DNA of 32,000 nt from Erysipelotrichaceae bacterium MTC7 (lineage in GTDB: Bacteria > Bacillota_I > Bacilli_A > Erysipelotrichales > Erysipelotrichaceae): assembly GCA_001695645.1 (NCBI GenBank), contig LVZN01000056.1, forward strand, positions 75,333-107,332, given 5' to 3'. The notes below the pieces were generated by a model that saw only the letters and a list, made by a program, of their open reading frames with translations, made no database searches and was not told the DNA's origin. The position numbers and the translations under genes were made by a program. Of this stretch, positions 6,863-14,177 are shown one piece after another (position 1 is the first letter of the stretch; each line of letters begins with the position of its first letter).

Positions 6863-9025
6863 TTATTGTCTTTCAAGCATTCGATAGTAATATCCTTTGC
6901 GAAGATACAATTCATCATGATTTCCTGACTCCAATACACGTCCACTGGTTAATACATGAATCACATCACACTTACGAACCGTGGAAAGTCGATGCGCAAT
7001 CACAATACGTGTATAACCGGCAAGTTGATTGAAGATGACATCACTGATCAATGCTTCGCTTTGGCTATCTAAGTTACTTGTTACTTCATCAAAGACGTAG
7101 ATATCTGGTTTCTTCAATAATGCACGTGCAATCCCAATGCGTTGTTTTTGTCCACCAGATATATTGCTTGCACCTTCTTGTAAGATACTTAAATAGCGAT
7201 GTTCAAGCCCATCAATCCATTCATGAATTCCGACTTGCTTACATACACGAACAATTTCTTCAAAACTTACATCAGGGTTCGCAAGTTTTAGATTGTCCAA
7301 AATGGTACCAGAAAATAGTTGAACTTCTTGTGGAACATAGGCAATCTTGTTTCGCAGCGTTTGTAAGTTTAGATCTTTAATGTTGTAATTACCAATGGTA
7401 ATATGCCCATCTCCTACTTCATAGTAGCGCAGCAACAAGCGAACCAATGTCGTTTTCCCACCACCACTATCACCAACCAAACCAACGACTTCTCCCGGTT
7501 TGAAACTAAGATTTAAACTTTGAAATAACGGTTTGTGTTTTTGATAGCCAAATTGTACCTGGGTAAAATGAATCATTTTATCCAATGTAAAAGTATCAAT
7601 ACTTGCTTCTTGGTGTTCCTCACTTTCTAATTCCATAAGTTCACGTAGTCGTGAAATAGATATGCTAACTTCTTGAAAACGCAACTGTAAGGACACGAGA
7701 CTTTGAATCGGTTCCATAAAATATTGAGACAACGTTTGAAAAACTAGCAAGTCACCAATGCTCATTTTTTGTTGCATAATAAAGTACGCTCCGACCCCTA
7801 AAAACAAATAGTTGCACAAACCATTAATGGAATTTGCTAGAAAGGATTGCAAGATGGATAGTTTTCCCTCCTGATAACCAATCGTCAATGTTTTAATAAA
7901 ATTTTGTTCAATTTGCATCAAACGAAGTTGTTCATTGTTTTGCGACTTGACCGTATCCATGTTTTGCAAGGTTTCCACCAATGTTGCATTCATTTGTGAA
8001 TTGGTTTCCATTTGTTTCACGTTGATTGCTTTGTATGGCTTTTTAAAAACATAGATTAAGACAATGTTAATACAAACAATAACTAACAAGATTAGAAACA
8101 ACGTTTGATTCAAGCGGAATAAAATCAGTGATGAACACAAAGCTAACACGATGTCCATCAACAAAGAAATAGCAACATTAGAAAAAACTTCTTTAATTGT
8201 GATGGCATCTTGAAAACGTGTCAAAATATCTCCTACTTTGCGATTTTTAAAGTACCCGTAAGGTAGATACAAAACGTGTTTAAAATAACCTAGTAACAAT
8301 GGAATATCAATTTTTCTAGAGAAAAATAACAAGACATGTTCACGTGCTGCACTCAAAAGATTTTGAAGCAACAAGATAAAACAGAAAAATACCAAATACA
8401 TGATGAGTAATTGACCTCGGTTGTATGGAATAATTTCATCCATCACAATTTTTGAAAACAGAGAAGATAATAACCCCAATACAGTCAAGAGTATCGACAT
8501 GACTATGACTTGTATGACCAGTTTCTTATGTGGCAAAATCAGTGATGAAAACAAGGTTAGCAACGAATGACTTTTCATGGCATCTCTTGTCACTTCTTGA
8601 TTTTTCACCAACACAATCACAATTCCACCAAACATTGTCTCGAGTTCCATTTTACTCACTTTGCAAACACCTTTGAGTGGATCAGCTAGTATGTATTGAT
8701 CATTCTTACAAATCTTATAAAGCAAAACATAATGCCACTGTCCACTTTCATTACTTACTTGTAAGATGATTGGAAAATTCATCTTTTCATGTAAGTCATT
8801 GATACTTGTTCGCACTGCCTGTGCTAAATATCCATGTCCCTGTAAGGTTTCCACCATACCTTCGATGTTGGTTCCACGCAATTGAACACCAACTTCTTCA
8901 CGTAAGGTTTCATAACTATACGCGACACCATCGTGTTGAAATACACTTGCGATAACTGCAACACCACAATCGTAATCATCCCTTTGATAAACACAAGTGT
9001 ATCGTTTTTTACGAATCAGGTTCAT
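6863..9025 (-). CDS. Peptidase-containing ABC transporter (C39 cysteine peptidase + 6 TM + ATPase; bacteriocin/peptide exporter type)
   Basis: 720 aa. The N-terminal C39 has catalytic-type residues in YQRDDYDCGVAVIASVF and WHYVLLYK...ILADPLKG. Multiple TM helices follow. ATPase motifs: Walker A GDSGGGKTT, Q-loop VPQEVQLF, signature ISGGQKQRIGIARAL, Walker B IYVFDEVTS and H-loop VIAHRLST. Confidence 0.9.
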   Translation of the reverse strand: MNLIRKKRYTCVYQRDDYDCGVAVIASVFQHDGVAYSYETLREEVGVQLRGTNIEGMVETLQGHGYLAQAVRTSINDLHEKMNFPIILQVSNESGQWHYVLLYKICKNDQYILADPLKGVCKVSKMELETMFGGIVIVLVKNQEVTRDAMKSHSLLTLFSSLILPHKKLVIQVIVMSILLTVLGLLSSLFSKIVMDEIIPYNRGQLLIMYLVFFCFILLLQNLLSAAREHVLLFFSRKIDIPLLLGYFKHVLYLPYGYFKNRKVGDILTRFQDAITIKEVFSNVAISLLMDIVLALCSSLILFRLNQTLFLILLVIVCINIVLIYVFKKPYKAINVKQMETNSQMNATLVETLQNMDTVKSQNNEQLRLMQIEQNFIKTLTIGYQEGKLSILQSFLANSINGLCNYLFLGVGAYFIMQQKMSIGDLLVFQTLSQYFMEPIQSLVSLQLRFQEVSISISRLRELMELESEEHQEASIDTFTLDKMIHFTQVQFGYQKHKPLFQSLNLSFKPGEVVGLVGDSGGGKTTLVRLLLRYYEVGDGHITIGNYNIKDLNLQTLRNKIAYVPQEVQLFSGTILDNLKLANPDVSFEEIVRVCKQVGIHEWIDGLEHRYLSILQEGASNISGGQKQRIGIARALLKKPDIYVFDEVTSNLDSQSEALISDVIFNQLAGYTRIVIAHRLSTVRKCDVIHVLTSGRVLESGNHDELYLRKGYYYRMLERQ

Positions 9026-9182
9026 CGTATTTTCGTATAAGCATCAAGGAAATAAACATGATAAGCGTAAAAAGAAAAATAAGATTTGTGTATTGTAAAG
9101 GAATGATTTGAAAGGTCACTAACAATCCTGTTCCAATTGCCAGCCAACTGCTCATTTGATAAACGATATGTATGTATTTCAT
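9009..9182 (-). CDS. Hypothetical 57-aa protein with two predicted TM helices
   Basis: I trimmed the track ORF (9009..9284) to the ATG at 9182, which is preceded by AACGGAGGTTTTCT. Sequence MKYIHIVYQMSSWLAIGTGLLVTFQIIPLQYTNLIFLFTLIMFISLMLIRKYDEPDS. Its 3' end overlaps the ABC start codon by 17 nt, which suggests translational coupling. Confidence 0.55.
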   Translation of the reverse strand: MKYIHIVYQMSSWLAIGTGLLVTFQIIPLQYTNLIFLFTLIMFISLMLIRKYDEPDS

Positions 9183-9230
9183 AGAAAACCTCCGTTCACT
9201 TATGTATTGGTAAAAACACGTAGATTTCCT

Positions 9231-9262
9231 AAAAAAAAGAAGCCACTCTACTGAGTAGCTTC
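9231..9262 (-). terminator. Rho-independent terminator after the GntR gene
   Basis: Minus strand GAAGCTACTC-AGTA-GAGTGGCTTC (10-bp stem with one G-U) followed by U8. It begins 6 nt after the TAA stop at 9268..9270. Confidence 0.85.
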
Positions 9263-9267
9263 CATGT

Positions 9268-9936
9268 TTATGTAACAATTTCAATCACTTTTTCAACTGG
9301 GTTATTGTAGACCTTCATAAAAATCACTGGTTCTCCACTGATGCGATTCACAATGTTTTCAACCAAAATAAGTGGTTCATTCACGCGCACGTTTAACATA
9401 TGTGCATACTGTGGCGGAACCATCACCGGTTTAAACCGCGAAGTTAAACTTCCTTCACTGTAAAGTTTGTTGAAATCTTTCCAGTTTGGTAGATTTCTAA
9501 GTTCTTCATCACTTAAATTCAAGCGACGAATATAGATTTCTTCAATACACTGTGGTCTTCCTTCTTTACTAACAAGTCGAATCATTCGTACCACAGGTTC
9601 ATCATCATTGATCCGCAAAGCGGTTTGGACATCATCTCCACTACTCGCTTTCACATCAAAGTAAATAATCTTATAGGTAAGTTGTTCAATATCATCAGTT
9701 GCTGTTAACGTATTCTTCTTGTGAAGGGTACTATCTGCGACGAAAGTTCCACGATTACTTTCACGATAAAGATATCCCTCATCCACCAACGCTTCTACTG
9801 CTTTTCGCACAGTCATTCGACTTGCATCAAACCGTTTTGTAAGGTCTCTTTCACTTGGTATTGGTGAATTGGGTGGTAGATCTTTAATCATTTCAAGCAT
9901 TTCTTGTTGGATTTTCTTATATACTGGAACATCCAT
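9268..9936 (-). CDS. GntR-family transcriptional regulator, HutC/UTRA subfamily
   Basis: 222 aa. The N-terminal winged HTH is PIPSERDLTKRFDASRMTVRKAVEALVDEGYLYRESNRGTFVA. The C-terminal domain of about 140 aa has UTRA-like size. It is the last gene of the PTS/DUF871 cluster. Confidence 0.85.
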   Translation of the reverse strand: MDVPVYKKIQQEMLEMIKDLPPNSPIPSERDLTKRFDASRMTVRKAVEALVDEGYLYRESNRGTFVADSTLHKKNTLTATDDIEQLTYKIIYFDVKASSGDDVQTALRINDDEPVVRMIRLVSKEGRPQCIEEIYIRRLNLSDEELRNLPNWKDFNKLYSEGSLTSRFKPVMVPPQYAHMLNVRVNEPLILVENIVNRISGEPVIFMKVYNNPVEKVIEIVT

Positions 9937-9965
9937 GCCTGTCCCCCCCTTTCATTGAAAAATTG

Positions 9966-11054
9966 CTATTCCATGAAACCGAATGGTCTCCAAGGTTCAA
10001 TGTAATCCAATAACATCATTTCATTGTCTGGAATGCGCCCGATGACGTTTTTACGTCCATCGTTTGGCATATCCTTTAATACAATGTGAAGTTCGCCTTT
10101 GTAGCGTGAATAGTTGTCATTTACCACAATCACATCACCACGACGTAAGTCGCGTGTGTTTTCTGGTGGAACACTTTCACTTGCATAAGTCACACGTGGG
10201 AACGTTGAACGTGCCATGTATTCACTCATATCTCCACGAACATAGTGTTCGTGTTCAAAGATTACTTTTCTCTCCGTTGGATGCAATTCTTTTTCATAAT
10301 CAATTTTAAACGTTAATAAACCCGGATTGATTTTAGCACATGTTTCTAACTCTTCACGTGTTGCAAATTGGTTTCCAATGATCACATCATCAATCATACC
10401 TGTTGCAACCAAATGACGCATTTGTACATCAATTGGTAAATCACGGTGAAGTTCTAATGTACATAGACCTTCATTTACCGGCCATGGACCAAAGCTATCT
10501 TCTGCTTGACTAGAAACAAAAGCTGCGATTTTAAGTCCGTGTTTCTTTATCATATTATTACATAAATCAAAGTGTTTTTCACTTAAACCTGTATATCTTT
10601 GTGGATAAAAATTGTGACAAGTAATCATTTTATCCTTGTCTGGATAATGCGAGATAATATTGTCAATGTAACCATTTCCAAAACTTGCATTAATTTCAAT
10701 TTTTAGACCTTCTTTATTATAGGTCATCAAGCTTTCTTTTTGCCCACCAAATCCTTCATCTAAACGAATTCCATCAGCGTGCATATCTTTGAAAAATGAT
10801 AAATCATCATAACTCACACCCAATTTGTCAAAGACAAATGGAGCTACATCTAAGATCACTTCCATATGTAAGGTATGTGCATAATCAATCATTTCTCTAA
10901 ATTCTTCTAAGATTTCTTGTTTTGTTCTTCCTTCAACACTTAGTAAACAAGTGAAGATTCTTGTAAACCCACACTCTGCTGCTTCTTTAATGTAGGCTTT
11001 ATTTTTCTCTAATGGTGCATGTTCTGGATAAACCGATATTCCTAATCTTGCCAT
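9966..11054 (-). CDS. DUF871 family protein (MupG-like 6-phospho-sugar glycosidase)
   Basis: 362 aa starting MARLGISVYPEH, with an N-terminal TIM-barrel-like half (FTRIFTCL, DGIRLDEGF) and a C-terminal beta domain. It matches my memory of the DUF871/MupG family, which typically accompanies cellobiose-type PTS genes. Confidence 0.7.
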   Translation of the reverse strand: MARLGISVYPEHAPLEKNKAYIKEAAECGFTRIFTCLLSVEGRTKQEILEEFREMIDYAHTLHMEVILDVAPFVFDKLGVSYDDLSFFKDMHADGIRLDEGFGGQKESLMTYNKEGLKIEINASFGNGYIDNIISHYPDKDKMITCHNFYPQRYTGLSEKHFDLCNNMIKKHGLKIAAFVSSQAEDSFGPWPVNEGLCTLELHRDLPIDVQMRHLVATGMIDDVIIGNQFATREELETCAKINPGLLTFKIDYEKELHPTERKVIFEHEHYVRGDMSEYMARSTFPRVTYASESVPPENTRDLRRGDVIVVNDNYSRYKGELHIVLKDMPNDGRKNVIGRIPDNEMMLLDYIEPWRPFGFME

Positions 11055-11072
11055 TTGTTTTCCCTTTCTCTT

Positions 11073-11100
11073 AAAAAAAGAATAGTGTTAACCACTATTC
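11073..11100 (-). terminator. Intrinsic-terminator-like hairpin inside the PTS cluster
   Basis: Minus strand GAATAGTG-GTTAA-CACTATTC (perfect 8-bp stem) followed by C+U7. The TAG stop of the upstream gene (11095..11097) lies in the 5' arm of the stem (11093..11100). The U-tract ends 18 nt before the DUF871 ATG. Confidence 0.6.
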
Positions 11101-11541
11101 TTGACTATCAACTAAGGCTTGAAGTTGGTTTAACATAAGATTCATCTTCTTTTTACTTGAACGTGCGTATAACTTACTCATTAAACTAAAGTTCAAGTTT
11201 TTACTGGTTTTGTCTGAAACAAAATCTTCTGAATATGTAATGCCAAAAAGATCGTCATCTTCATCTTCTAGATGATAAGAAACCGTATTGACTCCTTGTG
11301 CACTATAAAACTTTGCAACGTACACTTCATTTGGTACAAGCTGGGCAAGTTCTACTTTCACGCGTCCTGCTTTCCCCATCTTTGTTTGCAGTTTTTTATA
11401 GTATGTAAAACCCGGATGCAAATCTGTTTCTGTGTATACCTTGCCATCTTCACTATTTGCATTGATATCTGCTAAAACAGACTCAATAAAAATATGATAG
11501 CAAGTTTCTTTTTTTCCCCGTAGTAATTTAGTTATTTCCAT
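11095..11541 (-). CDS. Hypothetical 148-aa protein (probably DUF3284-like, PTS-associated)
   Basis: ORF MEITKLLRGKKETCYHIFIESVLADI...; soluble. Its size and its position between PTS genes and DUF871 match what I recall for DUF3284 proteins in Firmicutes cellobiose-PTS operons. I could not verify the family assignment. Confidence 0.6.
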   Translation of the reverse strand: MEITKLLRGKKETCYHIFIESVLADINANSEDGKVYTETDLHPGFTYYKKLQTKMGKAGRVKVELAQLVPNEVYVAKFYSAQGVNTVSYHLEDEDDDLFGITYSEDFVSDKTSKNLNFSLMSKLYARSSKKKMNLMLNQLQALVDSQE

Positions 11542-11699
11542 TATTTGTCCTTCTTTCTATTACGAAACAATTGAAAGGCACCAAATGCTGTTACCGTCAA
11601 TCCGCTAACTAACATTGGAATACTATTCCCCATCAATGGATAAAAACAAATAAGTAAGCAACCAAACCCCATGAGTACTAATGCATTTTCTTTCTTCAT
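11541..11699 (-). CDS. Unannotated 52-aa small membrane protein (micro-ORF)
   Basis: Below the ORF-track size cutoff. My translation is MKKENALVLMGFGCLLICFYPLMGNSIPMLVSGLTVTAFGAFQLFRNRKKDK. An AGGTGG SD lies 5 nt upstream. The protein has two hydrophobic segments and a basic tail. Its TAA stop shares one base with the next gene's ATG (TAATG at 11543..11539). Confidence 0.5.
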   Translation of the reverse strand: MKKENALVLMGFGCLLICFYPLMGNSIPMLVSGLTVTAFGAFQLFRNRKKDK

Positions 11700-11728
11700 G
11701 TTTACCACCTAACTTCTTCCATTATATA

Positions 11729-11944
11729 CTATGCAACGGTAACTGAAAAGTATAAAACTGCTCCAATCTCTGTAGCTTTAATTGCAGCTTTCGCTGTTGC
11801 AATTGCATCATCCATGTCATCTGTATCTACTGAGAAGAATAAGTTAATACCTTCTTTTTTTTCAAATTTATAGTTGTATTTATCAATTCCTTCAACAATT
11901 TCTGTAACATAGTCTTGTTTCATCGGACACGAAATTTTAATCAT
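11729..11944 (-). CDS. Hypothetical 71-aa protein
   Basis: I trimmed the track ORF (11729..11992) to the ATG at 11944, which is preceded by AAGGAG. Sequence MIKISCPMKQDYVTEIVEGIDKYNYKFEKKEGINLFFSVDTDDMDDAIATAKAAIKATEIGAVLYFSVTVA. It lies 10 nt after the IIA stop codon. I recognise no family. Confidence 0.55.
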   Translation of the reverse strand: MIKISCPMKQDYVTEIVEGIDKYNYKFEKKEGINLFFSVDTDDMDDAIATAKAAIKATEIGAVLYFSVTVA

Positions 11945-11954
11945 AAAAAACTCC

Positions 11955-12266
11955 TTATTTATCAAATCTTTTGTAAACATCGATGAACTCATTTGCTAAG
12001 ATCTTGAATGCTTCTGCACTCATCAGTTGATCTTCAGCATGAAGCAATAACAAAGTAACTTTGTCTAGTTCACCACTTGCTTCTTGTTGAATCAATTTTG
12101 CATGTGCATGGTGTCCCTCTGTAAAGAATTTTTCCCCTTCACTAATTGATTCCTGTGCTTTTTCATAATCTCCAGCTTTGGCGTGTTGAATCGCTTCAAT
12201 GAAGCAACTTCTTGCGCCTCCAACATTAGAGATAATTTGAAAACAAACTAATTCTAAACCTTCCAT
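11955..12266 (-). CDS. PTS lactose/cellobiose-family EIIA component
   Basis: 103 aa with the typical three-helix IIA(Lac/Cel) signature: ISNVGGARSCFIEAIQHAKAGDYEKA...HHAHAKLIQQEA...LLLLHAEDQLM. SD AGGAGG at 12278..12273. Confidence 0.85.
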   Translation of the reverse strand: MEGLELVCFQIISNVGGARSCFIEAIQHAKAGDYEKAQESISEGEKFFTEGHHAHAKLIQQEASGELDKVTLLLLHAEDQLMSAEAFKILANEFIDVYKRFDK

Positions 12267-12292
12267 GTCTAACCTCCTAAAATTAGTGCAAA

Positions 12293-12312
12293 AGGAGGAT
12301 GGTTATCCTCCT
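12293..12312 (-). promoter_or_regulatory. SD-like/anti-SD hairpin in the IIC-IIA intergenic region
   Basis: Minus strand AGGAGGAT-AACC-ATCCTCCT (perfect 8-bp stem) followed only by UUUG. It lies 14 nt upstream of the genuine IIA SD (AGGAGG, 12278..12273). Confidence 0.5.
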
Positions 12313-12326
12313 TATGTTGCAACCTA

Positions 12327-13739
12327 CTATTCTGTTTCAGTATCTGCTAGGTCAACTTTGTTACCGATCATAACAAAGACTCCCCAAAGGACAACCGCGA
12401 TTGCCAGGTTGATTGCTGCTAAGATACCAGCTGCGATACTACCACCAGTTGCAAGTACTGCATAAACTACTGGAGGCATAATCCAAGGTACTGGTACGTA
12501 TACAGGTGGAACGATTCCAGCTGCTGTTGCTGCATAAGCAATAATTGTTAAGACAATTGGTACTAATAACCAAGGAATAAAGTAAATTGGGTTAAGTACA
12601 ATTGGCATACCAAACACAACAGGTTCGTTAATGTTGAAAACTCCCATTGGTGCTGATAATGCAGCGATTGTTTTCGATTCTTGTTTTTTAGAGAAGATGA
12701 AGATTGCAATAATTAATGCGATCGTACATCCAGCTCCACCCATCCAAACGTAAGCGTCAAATGATCCACGAGTCCACATGTATTTCATTGTTTCCCCAGC
12801 TGCATAAGCTACGTTGTTTTCATTTGTTGCTGTTAAGTAAACACCATCTAATACTGGTGCAAGTACGTTAGTACCGTGGATTCCAAAGAACCAGAACAAT
12901 TGAACTGCGATTACGACAATAATAACTGCTCCAAATCCTTGAGATAATGCTAAGAATGGTGCTTGAACGTATTCAAAGATTAAGTCTCCAATTGAAGATC
13001 CAGTCCATAAGCTTACTAGGTAAGCTGCAATACCAGCTACATAAATAGCGATTAAACCAGGAATGATTGATGCGAATGCTTTTGATACAGCAGGTGGCAC
13101 TGAGTCAGGTAATTTAATTGTAATTTTAGCTAACATTAATTTACAGTAGATAACTCCTGTAATAAGTCCCACGATCAATGCTGTAAATAATCCACCAGCG
13201 TTTAGGTATGCCCAGTTAAGGTTTCCCCAAGCTCCGATTCCAGAAATAACAGTTCCACCAGAAGCACTATCACCAAGTGTTAATCCGATTGTTTTAAATG
13301 CTTCTAATGCATCAGCTCCTAAAACTGTTTCCCCTAAGTCGATTGCTGCAAATGCAGATTGTGGTGTAACGGTAATAAATGCTGCAAAAGCAACAACCCC
13401 ACCAGCTAATGCTGGAACTTTGTATACTTTCGCAAGTTGGTAACCAAGAGCAAATACGAATACCATTGATAAGATTGCTAATGTACCCCACCATACGTTT
13501 CCGTTTACTCCAATAATTCCAGACACGAATGTGCTGCTTGTGAAACTGTTTCCTGCTCCCCACCATTCGTTAGGTAGGTCACGGAAAAATACGTTTAACA
13601 ATGTTGCAAATGCTCCTGCCATGGTAATTGGCATGATTGCGATGAACGCGTCACGAATTGCAACTAAATGTTTTTGCGAACCAATTTTCGCTGCTACAGG
13701 AACAAAGTGTTGTTCCATCCAGTTTGTAAATCCTTTCAT
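12327..13739 (-). CDS. PTS lactose/cellobiose-family EIIC permease
   Basis: 470 aa, polytopic. The N-terminus MEQHFVPVAAKIGSQKHLVAIRDAFIAIMPITMAG is characteristic of CelB/ChbC-type IIC proteins. Confidence 0.9.
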   Translation of the reverse strand: MKGFTNWMEQHFVPVAAKIGSQKHLVAIRDAFIAIMPITMAGAFATLLNVFFRDLPNEWWGAGNSFTSSTFVSGIIGVNGNVWWGTLAILSMVFVFALGYQLAKVYKVPALAGGVVAFAAFITVTPQSAFAAIDLGETVLGADALEAFKTIGLTLGDSASGGTVISGIGAWGNLNWAYLNAGGLFTALIVGLITGVIYCKLMLAKITIKLPDSVPPAVSKAFASIIPGLIAIYVAGIAAYLVSLWTGSSIGDLIFEYVQAPFLALSQGFGAVIIVVIAVQLFWFFGIHGTNVLAPVLDGVYLTATNENNVAYAAGETMKYMWTRGSFDAYVWMGGAGCTIALIIAIFIFSKKQESKTIAALSAPMGVFNINEPVVFGMPIVLNPIYFIPWLLVPIVLTIIAYAATAAGIVPPVYVPVPWIMPPVVYAVLATGGSIAAGILAAINLAIAVVLWGVFVMIGNKVDLADTETE

Positions 13740-13834
13740 GTTCTCTCCTTTTTAATGAATCAAATACTATGTAATAAATCAATCTTCGTTTTTTTCTTCA
13801 CTTTATCAAGAATGATTTTATTACCAAATCTAAA

Positions 13835-14137
13835 CTACTTAAGTAAAGCTAAAGCGCTTTCAAGGACTTTTTTACCGTCCATTCTTCCATACGCTGCCAT
13901 ATCGATAACCATTACTGGTTTCTCGTTATTTACGCGTTCTTTCATTTTTGCTTCTAAGTAACGAACTTGAGGTCCTAAACAGATCACATCCGCTTTCTTA
14001 ATTGCGTCTTCACTGTCAGCATCCCCTACAGCCCAAATGTTTGCTTCCACATTCATTTCGGTTGCTGCTTCTTGCATCTTTTTCACAAGAGCACTCGTTG
14101 ACATTCCTGCCGTACAAACTAGCAAAATATTAGTCAT
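13835..14137 (-). CDS. PTS lactose/cellobiose-family EIIB component
   Basis: I trimmed the track ORF (13835..14380) to the ATG at 14137, which is preceded by AAAGGGGAAG. MTNILLVCTAGMSTSALVKKMQEAA contains the phospho-cysteine loop CxxGxSTS. Length is 100 aa. Confidence 0.85.
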   Translation of the reverse strand: MTNILLVCTAGMSTSALVKKMQEAATEMNVEANIWAVGDADSEDAIKKADVICLGPQVRYLEAKMKERVNNEKPVMVIDMAAYGRMDGKKVLESALALLK

Positions 14138-14152
14138 ATGCTTCCCCTTTCT

Positions 14153-14164
14153 TGGTATATACCA
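14153..14164. promoter_or_regulatory. Perfect 12-bp palindrome TGGTATATACCA, candidate GntR/HutC operator
   Basis: Located between the predicted -10 (14178..14183) and the IIB SD. It resembles the TGGTCTAGACCA core of DasR/NagR-type (HutC subfamily) operators. A partial copy, TGGTATAG, overlaps the -10. Confidence 0.55.
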
Positions 14165-14177
14165 CCTCTTTACACTT

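Noticed and set aside
6853-6945. N-terminal extension of ORF 6370..6945, and similar extensions at 9183..9284, 11945..11992, 14138..14380, 17763..17852, 19262..19312, 19533..19568, 22433..22441, 26147..26176, 26884..26937 and 27528..27563
   Set aside because: Each extension overlaps the upstream gene, a terminator or a promoter, and lacks an SD. In each case an internal ATG with a good SD, or a promoter-proximal ATG, gives a protein with the N-terminus expected for its family.
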